Positions 1 through 13,572 are shown, numbered from the whole stretch's first letter. The stretch is 63,324 nt of DNA, filler included, from Octopus bimaculoides (GCF_001194135.2; 6 parts of 6 records of this genome joined end to end with filler, not necessarily neighbours in it), one strand, 5' to 3'. Notes: generated by a model not told the origin, from the sequence alone. Program-made: numbers and translations.

Positions 1-56
<56 letters not shown>

Positions 57-970
57 TAAATACTACATGCACGCTACGTCAATAGTGGAAGTTGACATTT
101 CATCACAAGTATGTAAGCATTTGGTACAAAAACCTCAAAATAGAGAGTGAAGTTTTGTGCCGTTGTTACGTCAATACCGGAAGTTGACATTGAGGAACCT
201 TTTTAAAGAAGTGAATCATAAATATAAAGAAATATTATTTATTTTTATTAAAAAAAATCAAATGAAGAGCCTAACATTNNNNNNNNNNNNNNNNNNNNNN
301 NNNNNNNNNNNNNNNNNNNNNNNNNNNNNNNNNNNNNNNNNNNNNNNNNNNNNNNNNNNNNNNNNNNNNNNNNNNNNNNNNNNNNNNNNNNNNNNNNNNN
401 NNNNNNNNNNNNNNNNNNNNNNNNNNNNNNNNNNNNNNNNNNNNNNNNNNTATATATATATATATATGATATACACGCGTGGATGCTGAAAGGTTTCTAG
501 CTCACGGCAAATGTAAGATAGGAGAATTAATTAACTATGATTTTCATCATATTCCCCTCTCAGATTCACACAATTATTGCAGGGGTCTGTCAGTTTTTAC
601 CAAGCCCTATAAAAGAACTCGGAAGATTATACCGCCAAACTGGTCTTTCGCCACACACACACCATTAAATCCAGAAACTTTGAGTGTTATTGAGACTGAA
701 CTCTTACTACTTCATAAATGTTAGCTTGACTATGTTTCTAAAATTGAATGGATCAGCAAAAAGCTAAGAGAGAATAAGTACTAGATTTAAAGCATTAGAT
801 ACCGGTGTCAATCCAATCGAGAAGATTCAGCAAGGTAATGTACCTAGGGTGGTTTCTCTCTGATGACAGAGACAAGTAACAAAATTAAATAGTTCAAATG
901 CCGAAATAGAAAAAATTAAATCATTTAGAATGTAATTTTTTTATTACTATTTAAAGAAACACTTAACATA

Positions 971-1360
971 GGCGCAGGAGTGGCTGTGTGGTAAGTAGCT
1001 TGCTTACCAACCACATAGTTCCGGGTTCAGTCCCACTACGTGGCACATTGAGCAAGTGTCTTCTACTATAGCCTCAGGCCGACCAAAGCCTTGTGAGTGG
1101 ATTCGGTAGATTGAAACTGAAAGAAGCCCGTCGTATATATGTATATGTATGTGTGTGTTTGTGTGTCTGTGTATGTCCTCCCAACATCGCTTGACAACCG
1201 ATGCTGGTGTGTTTACGTCCCCGTAACTTAGCGGTTTGGCCAAAATGACCGATAGAATAAGTACTAGGCTTACAAAGTCCTGGGGTCGATTTGCTCGACT
1301 CATGGCGATGCTCCAGCATGGCCGCAGGCAAATGACTGAAACAAGTAAAAGAGTAAAAGA
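971..1360 (+). mobile_element. SINE family A (tRNA-like head, CORE-like segment, internal microsatellite, CR1-type tail), full length
   Basis: Head GGCGCAGGAGTGGCTGTGTGGTAAG...GGGTTCAGTCCC; TTGAGCAAGTGTCTT CORE-like motif; (TA/TG) spacer; tail GCTCCAGCATGGCCGCAG..CTGAAACAAGTAAAAGA; many homologs in the window. Confidence 0.9.
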
Positions 1361-1784
1361 GAAAGAGAGTATAATATAAACCTTTTGGTAGATTCGAAGA
1401 GATCTGATCAATTCAGGATTGCATCTACCCTGCAAGAACATGGAAAGAAAGTAAACTATTCATATACACACATACGTATGTTATTATTCAGTTTATTAAA
1501 AGATTTCTTGCCAACAGAGAAAGAACCGGTTTCTAGCCTGGATTCAAAGCTCCTGCATTGGAATTTCAACATCAACAACATGGTATTTTTGTTTATTTGT
1601 ATGTATGCATGCATGTATGTATATATCTATGTATGTATGTATGTATTTGTGTATACGTACATACATATATGCAAAGGTCTATACCTATGCATACATATAC
1701 ACGGATACACATACACCTACGCGTGCACACACATACACACAGAAATAGTTGTACGTGTATGTACGTACGTATGTACATTGCAGC

Positions 1785-2031
1785 CATGTAATTCTGGTTT
1801 CAATCTCACGCTGTGACACCTGGGGCATGTGCTTTTACTAATCTCCCGCGTCAACCAATGCTTTGTATGTGAATTTGGTAGACGTCATGCATGTGTGTGT
1901 GTGTGTGTGTGCACGTGTGTGAGCGCGTGTGCGTGCTTGCATGTGTGTGCGCGTGTTCGTACCTGTGCGTGTGTGTGTATGTGTTTGTGTCTTTCCAATC
2001 GTTTGGCAACCAATGTTGGCTTGTTTACGTC
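1785..2031 (+). mobile_element. SINE family A, degenerate
   Basis: GAATTTGGTAGACG and TTGGCAACCAATGTTGGCTTGTTTACGTCC align to 971-1360. Confidence 0.55.
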
Positions 2032-2266
2032 CTTCTTATCTGTTTACATCTCTTATAGATATATTCCTGTGATGTTTAACACTATATTTCTATTAAAAAA
2101 ATTCTTTTTCAAGACGAATACCACAGTTTAGCATGCTTTAGACAACATGTTTGCTTTAAGTATGATATTCACACTGCAATTTTGAACTAATGTTCCTTGT
2201 CTTAAATAACAAAGTTGCAATCAACCTCCGGTTAAATGCAGTATCAGTGATTTTCAACTACGAATT

Positions 2267-2313
<47 letters not shown>

Positions 2314-2397
2314 GTGTGCGTGGGTGTCTGTGTCTGTGTCTGTGCGCGCACGCGTGTGTGACTATTTTTCATCATTTACTTGATTAAATCACTAGAC

Positions 2398-2566
2398 GCC
2401 GGCCGTGCTGGATCACCGTTTCGATGGTTTTGAGTCGTAAGATTCGACCACAATACTTATATTCTAAAAAATTCTGGTACTTATTCTACCGTTGTCTATC
2501 GCCGAACGAACCACTAAATTACGGGGATATAAGCAAACCAACACCGGTTGTCAAGCGGTAGCAGGG
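2398..2566 (-). mobile_element. SINE family A 3' half
   Basis: GGTACTTATTCTA and CAACACCGGTTGTCAAGCGG are the reverse complement of the family A 3' half. Confidence 0.7.
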
Positions 2567-2574
2567 AACAAATA

Positions 2575-2652
<78 letters not shown>

Positions 2653-2870
2653 TGGAAGAACCCTTTGATATTATTTGATCGATATTTATGTCCTACGCGG
2701 AAGGAGGCATTAGATATGTATAAGATAGTCATAAGAAGGTCGTTAGATATGTTAACAATTTATTAACTGTTGTTTTTCATGATGATATTGTCCTTGAGTA
2801 ATTAACGTCGGTGAGTTATTGTTTTTAATTATGTTAATTATGCTAATTTTACTCACCTGTTCGTATAGAT

Positions 2871-3211
2871 CAGGGGTTCTCAACCATTAAAAAAATCTAT
2901 GGACCCTTTTGATTATAATTTCATTCTGGTTGACCTCCATAGTCATTCGATATTTACAAACTAGAAACTTCTTTCAAAATTACCATTTTGTTTTTCACAC
3001 ATTAACTTGTGTAAGTTGCCCTATGTTAAACGCTTGCGAAAGAAACCTAGCTATTTCTTCCAATGCATACCAAAACATACATCTAAATCCAATTTTTTTC
3101 AGTGGGTCAGAAAATATTAACGTGGATCCCCAATTTACTATTTTGTTGTATGGTCCTCAGAAATCTCATATTCACCGTCAGGGCGATGTTGACCACGATT
3201 GAGAACCACTG
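2871..3211. mobile_element. Non-autonomous hAT (Charlie-like) MITE
   Basis: TIRs CAGGGGTTCTCAACC / GATTGAGAACCACTG (13/15 match) and a perfect 8-bp TSD GTATAGAT at 2863-2870 and 3212-3219. Confidence 0.92.
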
Positions 3212-3959
3212 GTATAGATTAGTGTTCGTGTTACTTAGTAATTCTCTCATCAGTAGTTTGACAAGCACAATTTAGTTTGTACTTCTCTGAGAATAGGTTA
3301 TTAGATTCTCATACTTACTACATTAAATAATTAATACCATCTTAACTAACATTAGACATCGTCGAATATACAGAACAATGTGAATAATATTTTAACACTA
3401 AGTAGCACGCGATGTATACACTGATAATGTCCTTTTAATTAATAATATTCTTTAAATGGTAGTATTTGATGGAGCCATTGCAAATATGCTACAATTATGA
3501 AGTTTTGCTGCTTATTGATAGAGAATTAATAACTGAGTAATTGTAATATCTGAAGTGTTTGGTTTAGTGGTCGTGTCTTAGTAGTTTATAATGCTATGGG
3601 ATTAATATACGTTTGGGGAAAATGAACTTTAACAATGATTTTAGATACAAACGTAGCCATAGTAAATGTATTACTACTAATGTGTGGGAGGATAAAGATT
3701 AGATGTAAAGTTATTGTTTAAAATGGCGGCTGAAACAAATACCTATAATCTGATAGAGTAACAATTTGATAAGTATACAAGAGCACTCAGAGAGTGCAAA
3801 ATTCCGCCAAGGCAACACCAACGTCCTCTTAATGATTAGCCAGAGATGATTTTTGAAATGAGAATATTTGAAATAAACTCGACTTCTCTCATACACAAGA
3901 ATACTAAAAATGGACCCGACCGCTCTCAAAAATTATATTAAAAAAATTGGGAAAATAAT

Positions 3960-4143
3960 CTAGAGTCCTTGTCCGGTACCAGATCGATCCCAAAATCTAA
4001 CCAGTTCGTGCCAGTCACAAGGTGATACTTCTCTGAAAGTTTTATCCGAATCCATCCAGTGGTTCTTGAGATATCTTGTCCACTGACAAACAAACAAGCA
4101 CGACTGAAAACAGTACCTCCGCCTTCGTTAAGGTGGAGATAAT
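3960..4143 (+). mobile_element. Helentron/HINE-like non-autonomous element 3' end
   Basis: (CAAA)n tract followed by terminal hairpin CTCCGCCTT-CGTT-AAGGTGGAG (4117-4138), an arrangement typical of HINE/DINE elements. Confidence 0.55.
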
Positions 4144-5684
4144 AAGAGTAATAATGGAGGAGAATATGAGAAAAAAGGAATGAGAAGAAGTAAGACAAAG
4201 AAAAAGGTTAGTAGGACAATTTTGATATGGCTTCATCAGAGAAGGAAGCGCGGCGCCCATGATCTTTCTGCAGAGTCTCCAAGACAGCAGGGGTGAACGG
4301 AAGAGGAAACCGAAATTTATAGGTTATCCTTAGATCAAAGTTTTGCACAGAATGTTTGAACAGTGTACACTCCGCTAAATGCACCTAAGGGTAGGGTGGC
4401 GGTGTGAAACCGGGCGACGCATTATGTCTATCACTCTATAGGGAGACAGATTAGGTGAAAGGTAAAAATAAGTGTAGTTAATGAAATAGTGAGAGAAAGA
4501 GAGAGGGTGAGAGAAAGAGAGAGAGTGTGAGAAAGAGAGAGAGGGGAGTAACATGGAGAAAGGAAGAAAGGGAATAAGAGAGGGTAAAGTGACAGGAAGG
4601 AAAGAGAGTGAAGCAGCTTTGGAATAAATGCAAAACAAAATTAAATGCGTGAAGTGAAAAGGAAGAGAAAAGAAAAGAGGAAATGAAACTAGGAATCAGG
4701 AAGGAATTGAGGAAGCAGAGGAGGAGAAAGGTGAAATGGAGTCATACATAATATACACGTTAAGAATTGCAACAGTGAAACTCTAATGAGACAATATAAG
4801 TAGCACAACGATATACCAAATACTATGGAATATATAATAACAAACATAAGTTTACATTCATACGCACACATGCTATGCACATACACGCATATGTATGTGT
4901 GTATATGCATACCATCTTTAGAGTATTCAGCTTCGTTCACTGTTGCAAGCATTTGTATCAGGTTTTTGGTTTGTGGATAAATTCTCTGAAAAAAGATAAA
5001 GGTTCTAAAATAATAAATTATTTCTGACAAAATGGCATGCATGTATACATGTATAAACATACATACATACATACATACATACATACACAAGCATCTACAT
5101 ATATAAATATACGTGCAGATACATAGATAGACGAACACATACTTAGTAGCTTTATATCTTTCACATGCCATACTTCTTTCTAGCTACTAAAAATCATTAT
5201 TTTCCTTTATCGTTTGGCTTCTGATGGAATTAATTATTTAATATTCGATACCAAGCATGTGATGTTTAAAATCCAGCTAAAACGTAAGCTTTTGTCTTAT
5301 ATTTATTTAACGGATCTTTCGTTCTCAGCATCATTTTAAGTCTTCAATTTAATGCATGAATGAAATTTTCAATAGGTATTCGAAAATTTCTCCTAAGATT
5401 TATATATTTTTCAAAAGCAATCACCTCAACACTAAAGCAAAAAGCAAAATCAAAAAAGAAACAAAAGTGAAAAATTAGCTATTCTACTCGACGTAAATTA
5501 AAACAGTTGGAGAAATGGAAATTACGTCGAGTGTATTTGACTACTTATTTACTATCATTCTTGACTATAAACAGCATTTGCTAGAGCAAAAAGGGATTTA
5601 GCCATAGAGTGTGGGAATACTACAGCACAGCATATATTGGTTTCATCATTAATATGAACATCTTCGCAAGCAGACTGTCCATCC

Positions 5685-5685
5685 C

Positions 5686-5744
<59 letters not shown>

Positions 5745-5798
5745 GTCTGTCTGTCTATCGATCTGTCTGTCTGTCTGTCTGTCTCTCTATCTATATGA

Positions 5799-5889
<91 letters not shown>

Positions 5890-5890
5890 A
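5685..5890. repeat. Compound microsatellite (TATC)/(TGTC)/(TA)/(TG)
   Basis: Read directly; representative of dozens of similar arrays in the window. Confidence 0.95.
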
Positions 5891-6666
5891 CATACACAGT
5901 TCATTTTCTTGAGTCTCCTCCTACAAAAAAATATGAAAGAAAATAAAAGCAATCAATATTATACGGCTCATTGCGAAAACGACAAATGTAATTTACCACA
6001 TGTGCTGGAAAGCCTGCTAGTACTAGAAAAGTATTACCGAGGCACAATCAAACTTAATTAGATTTAAAATGCGTAAGAGTTCCTTCTGTATTGAGGACAA
6101 TTACACTTTGAACACGTTCTCATCAACCAGATAAAAGATTGTATTTGACATAATAATTCCTGCCAAAATACTTTGGAAAGTTCCATGAAATCTTTCGAAC
6201 AATTTAAAAACTTCATATATTTGAGGATTAATGTAAAAAATCCTATATTCTAAACACTACCCAGAAAACAATGCTTCTGACAAACAACATTAGAAAAATA
6301 TAGTAAAAAATCTATGCTCAGTAATATAACAACGTGTTTTGCTCGCTGCTTACACTACCCTGAAGGACCACAGTGCTTATCTCCTCCACATTTCCTCAAT
6401 GTAGATTATTTAACTCTTATAAAAGCGAACTGGGAATATCTGAGCACATTTCCGGTGCTGCTAATCTTGGTATTAGAAGTATTTTAAGTATAGAAGAAAG
6501 AAATTGTGGTGACCTTCATTAAGGGATTTTAAGACATTGAAAACAAATGAGTCGGGAGATGAAAGTAATTAGATACCTTGGACATAACTTTTCTATATCT
6601 AAATATCCCCTACTGAAAAAGTTGAAAATCTAGGGACAATGCACCACATTCAGCCATGAGCATATT

Positions 6667-7102
6667 CTTTTCTTTTCTACTCTAGGCACAAAACCCGAAA
6701 TTTTTGGGGAGGGGGCCATTCGATCAGATCGCCTCCAGTACACAACTGGTACGTAATTTATCGATCCCGAAAGGATGAAAGGCAAGATCGACCTCGGCGG
6801 AATTAGAACTCAGAACGTAACAGCAGACGAAATATTGCTAAGCATTTCGCCCGGCATGCTAACGTTTCTTATTTCTTTACTGCCCACTAGGGGCTACACA
6901 CAGAGCGGACAAACAAGGACAGACAAACGGATTAAGTCGATTATATATACCCCAGTGCGTAACTGGTATGTATTTAATCGACCCCGAAAGGATGAAAGGC
7001 AAAGTCGACCTCGGCGGAATTTGAACTCAGAACGTAGCGGCAGACGAAATAATCGCAAAGCATTTCGACGGTGCGCTAACATTTCTGCTAGCTCTCCGCC
7101 TT
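6667..7102 (-). mobile_element. SINE family B dimer with shared 15-bp TSD
   Basis: Two head-to-tail units (7102-6870, 6869-6667) containing GTTCTGAGTTCAAATTCCGCCGAGGTCGAC; AGCCATGAGCATATT at 6652-6666 and 7103-7117. Confidence 0.9.
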
Positions 7103-7374
7103 AGCCATGAGCATATTAAAACAGTAATGGATACCATGAAACCGTTGTTATACCACGAGGAATCCTATTTGTTTAAAACTGTAGGGTGATCTTCAATTCA
7201 ATGTCTATGACAGAATTCAATGGACAGATCTTTCTGAGATTATTTATTTTTCATACACTCTGAAAACGAAAACCACCGAAAGCCGGCTAATACTGAGGGG
7301 GCGGTTGACTGATCTCATGAAATATGAAGGCCACACAATGGAGAAATTTATCAAGTAATTAGTAGTAATATTTT

Positions 7375-7578
7375 ATGAATCTAGATTCCGACATGACCAT
7401 TAGCACAAACTTAACGATAGAAAATTTACAATTTTTTACACAATATTTAAATACTTACAAATATTTAGGGTACCATGTATATACGAAAAATGCCAGCCAC
7501 CTTCAGCCTGAATTAAAAATTATGCAGACGAGAATTAAAAAGTATCTCCGAGGACAACTGCAACAGCGTAGTCTCTAA
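7375..7578 (+). mobile_element. Possible non-LTR reverse-transcriptase relic
   Basis: A YKYLG motif in a short ORF is the only support. Confidence 0.25.
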
Positions 7579-8680
7579 TTATAAAACTGCACCAGGTAGA
7601 AGTTGCCTGAAGTGAAATACTAATTTTCATAGAGATCGCTACATTCACCCCATACCAGACTAGAAGCAGCAAGAGAATAATATTCCTATTTAATTCACAG
7701 TGTAAGTGTGAAGTTTCATATAACACTACCGGAAAATATCTGACTAGCAAGTTAGTAATTCACACCATTACAAAGAATGAACATTTCAATATATACAACA
7801 TTAAGACCAATTTTCTTCCATGTAAACATTGCATATCAGATCGCATATTACAACGGAAATTAAACATCTACAATAGAAAACAAAAAACACCTTCTTATTG
7901 ATGAAATCCATTTACATGTTTCATCAGCATATTCTAACTCTCCAATGGAGGTGGTATAGCGGGTACTCTTAACACCCACTATGTAATCAAACATCAACAC
8001 TTTCATTGATGGCTGTCGTGGCACACGAAGATTCTAAATGCTCAATTTATCTGCAAACTAAGACGATAAGGATATGACATATCTCTGAATGAGCCGGAGT
8101 ATTGTCCATAAAGCAAAGCCCCATTTCAAGGAATAAAAACAACGAGCTTTCTATGACTGAGAAAATTAATATGTAATGCAGCTAATGAATCACTCAGCAT
8201 GTAGGACGGATATATTGTCTAATTGTCACTATCGTATGAAGCATTTTGTTGATAATACCCAAGTGTCGGAAAACGCTAGGCAACGGGAAACAAACTTAAG
8301 GCGAAGATGTAATGACTGCAATATGGAATGGCAGCTATGGTGACCATAGATTTGGGTTGCCAGGCTTAAAATACAGGAGACAAGGCCTTTCAAAGATAAG
8401 TTCTTTTCGATTATGCCATTGCTTTTCTAATAACTAATTAGTGTAACTAAAATTTACATACATGAAACGATGTGTGAACTGAAGGGAATTACCAAATAAA
8501 TATAGGCATAATGCACGCATACATTTAAGCAAATAAAAGCGTGTATGCTTTTTACTGAATGTGAACTTCTATCTTGTGACACGATATCTATCTATCTATC
8601 TATCTATCTAGAAATATTAATATTTATGTATATAAATATATATGTATATATATATATATATATATATTAATATTTCTACT

Positions 8681-8719
<39 letters not shown>

Positions 8720-9419
8720 NNNNNNNNNNNNNNNNNNNNNNNNNNNNNNNNNNNNNNNNNNNNNNNNNNNNNNNNNNNNNNNNNNNNNNNNNNNNNNNNN
8801 NNNNNNNNNNNNNNNNNNNNNNNNNNNNNNNNNNNNNNNNNNNNNNNNNNNNNNNNNNNNNNNNNNNNNNNNNNNNNNNNNNNNNNNNNNNNNNNNNNNN
8901 NNNNNNNNNNNNNNNNNNNNNNNNNNNNNNNNNNNNNNNNNNNNNNNNNNNNNNNNNNNNNNNNNNNNNNNNNNNNNNNNNNNNNNNNNNNNNNNNNNNN
9001 NNNNNNNNNNNNNNNNNNNNNNNNNNNNNNNNNNNNNNNNNNNNNNNNNNNNNNNNNNNNNNNNNNNNNNNNNNNNNNNNNNNNNNNNNNNNNNNNNNNN
9101 NNNNNNNNNNNNNNNNNNNNNNNNNNNNNNNNNNNNNNNNNNNNNNNNNNNNNNNNNNNNNNNNNNNNNNNNNNNNNNNNNNNNNNNNNNNNNNNNNNNN
9201 NNNNNNNNNNNNNNNNNNNNNNNNNNNNNNNNNNNNNNNNNNNNNNNNNNNNNNNNNNNNNNNNNNNNNNNNNNNNNNNNNNNNNNNNNNNNNNCATACT
9301 AACATACAGCCATTTTGAAATCGTTAAACACCGCACTTTTCCATCTTAAACTGAGCGTCGACCTTATACATTCACTGTGTACGTCCTTGTAACTTTTGTT
9401 TCGTTTTTATTTTCGATTA

Positions 9420-9421
9420 GC

Positions 9422-9488
<67 letters not shown>

Positions 9489-9535
9489 CACTACTGTTAT
9501 TACTACTGTTATTACTATTACTACTACTACTACTG
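9420..9535. repeat. Compound trinucleotide array (CTA)/(CTG)/(TTA)
   Basis: Read directly from sequence. Confidence 0.95.
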
Positions 9536-10270
9536 CAACACACACACACACACACGTACACACACGCACACATTAATATAGAGAGAAAATGACAGGCGAA
9601 AATGGTGAAAGAAATGAAACAGAGATGAGATAGATAAATAGATAGATAGATAGATGGAGAGAGAGAGAGAGAGAGAGATAGAGAGATAGAGAGAGAGAGA
9701 GAGAAACAGAGAGAGGGAGGGAGAGAGATAGAGAAAGGGAGGGAGCTTTCAGAATGAAGAGTAAGAATACGCAGCGAGGTGAATCGCGCATGGAATATAC
9801 TAAGAATGCGAGTTGACACTTTTTTCGGTATGTTCACTCATTCAGAACACAGCTGCCCTCCCACTCTGTTGTGCGCATATGTGAGTCTGTGGAAATATTT
9901 TGGCGTAAATGCATAGCGTACGTATCTGCGTAGGCGAAGATGCTTGTATCTGTGAGTGAGAGGGTTCAAGCACGTGCGTGTGAATATGAATGTAGCTGAG
10001 TAGATATCACGTTTTTCACCTTTAACATTAATTCAGAAGACAGCAGTTTAGGATAATGGCAAAGTGTTGCTTAATGAAAGCTGGTCACGTGCCGCTCATT
10101 CAGAACGTGATTTTTTTTTTCCTTTTCAGACTTTTATATAGGTNNNNNNNNNNNNNNNNNNNNNNNNNNNNNNNNNNNNNNNNNNNNTTAATTAATTAAN
10201 NNNNNNNNNNNNNNNNNNNNNNNNNNNNNNNNNNNNNNNNNNNACACACACACACATACACACACACGCA

Positions 10271-10462
10271 TGGCTGAATCGTTAAGACGCTGGCTTAGCG
10301 GCATTTCGTCGGTCTTGACGTTCTGAGTTCAAATTACACCGAGGTTGACTTTACCTTTTATTCTTTCGGGGTCTACAAAATAAGTACCAGTTGAGTACTG
10401 AGGTCGATGTAATCGACTTACCCCTTCCCCCGAAATTGCTGGCCTTGTGCCAAAATTTGAAA
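10271..10462 (+). mobile_element. SINE family B
   Basis: TTCTGAGTTCAAATT..GAGGTTGACTTT..AAGTACCAG..GTCGATGTAATCGAC..GGCCTTGTGCC. Confidence 0.85.
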
Positions 10463-10511
10463 TCCATCCATCCACCATACATACATACATACATACTTAC
10501 ATACATACATA

Positions 10512-10662
10512 TATACGACGGGCTTTCGCACAGTTTCCGTCTGCGAAATTCATTGACAAGAAATTGACCCGCCGGGGTTATAGCTGAATGCACCTGGCCA
10601 AAATTCCGCGCAGTGGGGCTGGACCCGAAACCACGTGGCTGCAAAGCGAGATTCGTAACCAT
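10512..10662 (-). mobile_element. SINE family A-related 5' half
   Basis: TACGACGGGCTTT..CAGTTTCCGTCT..GAAACCACGTGG, the reverse complement of the family A head. Confidence 0.65.
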
Positions 10663-10949
10663 ACCATCATTCGTATCGATCAAATGTATCGACTTGTATT
10701 GACGATTGATTATCTACGAGTAGCTATAAATCTCTGTCTCATAGAAGTGATAGATTTAGGCCGAAGCAAAGAATTGTAAGAAAGATGTGACCCTATTGAG
10801 AAGGAATGTAGAGGGTTCGCAGGCCAGCGCCTCTGCACAGCTAATAACATACTGGATATGACAGGGACCACTAGGAACAAGACTTTCAAGTTGGCTATGG
10901 AGGCAGCAGAAGATGTCTCAATGTGGTTTAGATCAGAAGGAGTGAGCTG

Positions 10950-11331
10950 TTTGTTGGCACTTCGTTGCTTACGACGTCGAGGGTTCCAGTTGATTCTATC
11001 AACGGAACAGCCTGTTCGTGAAATTAACGTGCAAGTGGCTGAGCACTCCACAGACACGTGTACCCTTAACGTAGTTCTCGGGGATATTCAGTATGACACA
11101 GTGTGACAAGGCTGACTCTTTGAAATACAGGTACAACAGAAACAGGAAGAAAGAGTGAGAGAAAGTTGTGGTGAAAAAGTACAGCAGGGTTCACCACTAG
11201 CCCCTGCCGGAGCCTCGTGGAGCTTTTAGGTGTTTTCGCTCAATAAACACACACAATGCCCGGTCTGGGAATCGAAACTGCGATCCTATGACCGCGAGTC
11301 CGCTGCCCTAACCACTGAGCCATTGCGCCTC
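10950..11331 (-). mobile_element. SINE family C (tRNA-derived, (CAA)n tail), full length
   Basis: Near-identical reverse complement of 61091-61478; A box TGGCTCAGTGG, B-box-like GGTTTCGATTCC. Confidence 0.92.
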
Positions 11332-11915
11332 TAGGAGCATATACACACACATACACACATATGCGCACAAACATATATACGCGTAGGAAAACACGCACGT
11401 ACACACATACACAGCACGTTTGTGTTTTCACGCAAAAATATAAAAGCGCGCCATACGCATGTTTAACAGAAATGTGTACGGTCTCCTATAACACCATTTC
11501 CTCGTATCTACAGGTTTCGTGCAATTTACATTTCAACAGAACTTGTCGATATGTCCACAATAACTCATGTTCTTTAATATTTTTTTATTAGTTTCAGCAA
11601 AATATAGTGGCCATGCTGGGGCACATAAATGTATATTTCACTCGAAATCTAATAAAGAAGGTCGCTTCTAATGATCGCATTAAGCTCAATCAATGGCATT
11701 TAAATAACAATAACAACAACAATAAAATTAAATATTGATATGTTGAACTTTAAAGAAGTCTTGCACATTCTCAGTGTTCCGCTTACAGGCTGTATTTGCA
11801 AATTTAATGATAAATTGTCCATTTTCTTTTTTTTTTTCTTTTTTGTATAGACATACCTCTTCATTTTCTTTTTTCTCATTTTCTTGTTCCGGATGTTACA
11901 TATATATATATATAT

Positions 11916-11978
<63 letters not shown>

Positions 11979-12309
11979 TAGCAAGTTGACTGCTCGGTAG
12001 ATAGAAGTATATGTGTATGTGTATAGGGATATACATATATACACATACACACACATATGTGTGTNNNNNNNNNNNNNNNNNNNNNNNNNNNNNNNNNNNN
12101 NNNNNNNNNNNNNNNNNNNNNNNNNNNNNNNNNNNNNNNNNNNNNNNNTATATATATATATATATATATATATACGTATATCTACATATGTATGTGTGTG
12201 TGTCTGTGTGTTGCATGAATGTGTACGTATGTATATATACTTGTATCTATGAACGCGTATATAGATATGTCTATGTGTGTGTATATAGATATGTCTATGT
12301 GTGTGTGTG

Positions 12310-12357
<48 letters not shown>

Positions 12358-12392
12358 AACGCACGCATGCACGCAAACGCACGCTGATGTCT

Positions 12393-12657
12393 CTCTTGTT
12401 TTCTTCTACTTTTTTAATTCATTGGTCTACGGCCATGCTGGGGCACACTCGGAAGGGTTTAGTGGAACAAATCTAGTACCCAGTGCCTATTGTTTTTTTT
12501 TAATTTTATTTATTTGTTTATTTATTTATTAATTTGATAAACATCTGGAGTTTATTCTATCGGTCTCTTTTGTCAAATCACCAAGTTGCGGGGACGCAAA
12601 CAAACTAAAATCGATTGCCAAGCGCTGGAGATAGGATAGACAGAGACAAACATAGTA

Positions 12658-12691
<34 letters not shown>

Positions 12692-12845
12692 GTGCTATGG
12701 GCTTTCTCACACTTCCCGTCTACAAGAATCAGTCACAAAGTACTAGTCTGTCCATGGGCTGAAGTTAAGGATACGTAACCAAAGCGACGCGCAGCGGGAC
12801 TCAACTCGAAACCACGTGGTTACTATGCGAGTTCTTTAACCACAC
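12393..12845 (-). mobile_element. SINE family A, diverged
   Basis: GGCCATGCTGGGGCAC tail, TTATTCTATCGGTCTCTTTTG body, (CA)n spacer, GAAACCACGTGG head. Confidence 0.75.
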
Positions 12846-13080
12846 GAACACATACCCTCACACGTTTGTGTGTGTATGCGCGTGTGTGTGAGTGTGTGTG
12901 TGTATGTGTGTGTTTGTGAGGGCCGCGTTAAGACCCATTGAGGCCCTGAGCACTTAAGAGGTTTTAGTGCCCCCATATATATATATATATACATACTTCA
13001 AAATATAAACAACAATAAATCATAAAGTAATTTTTTTTTTAATGAAACAAAACTAAGATGGAAAATAATATCTAATTTCA

Positions 13081-13375
13081 TTCTTTCACTTGTTTCAGTC
13101 ATTTGACTGTGGCCATGCTGGAGCACCGCCTTTTAGTCGAACAAATCGACCCCAGGACTTATTTTTTTGTAAGCCTAGTACTTATTCTATCGCACACCCT
13201 TGTCGAACCGCTAGGGTTTCGGAGACGTGAACACACCAACATCGGTTGTCAAGAAACGGTGGACACACACACACAAATATATATGTATATGCATATGTGT
13301 GTGTGTGTGTGTGTATGACTCACTCAAGGTGTAAGCAAAAACAATAGTAGTAGTCGGAGCGAGAAAAGAGCTACT

Positions 13376-13437
<62 letters not shown>

Positions 13438-13572
13438 GACGGGCTTCTTTCAGTTTCCGTCGATCGAATCCACTCACAAGGTTTTAGTCGGCCCGAAGCT
13501 ATAGTAGAAAACACTGGCCCAAGGTGCCATGCAGTGGGATTGAACCCAGAACCATGTGCTGGGAAGCAAGCT
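13081..13572 (-). mobile_element. SINE family A, full length with expanded (TA)n spacer
   Basis: High similarity to the reverse complement of 971-1360 on both sides of the microsatellite. Confidence 0.9.

Noticed and set aside
9750-9835. Plus-strand exon candidate ending at GTATGT
   Set aside because: Upstream sequence is a purine-rich (GA)n tract with no credible acceptor.
10188-10200. TTAATTAATTAA islands inside N runs (also about 18406, 28501, 52379, 59890)
   Set aside because: The identical all-frame-stop linker centred in fixed-size gaps is a scaffolding artefact, not biology.
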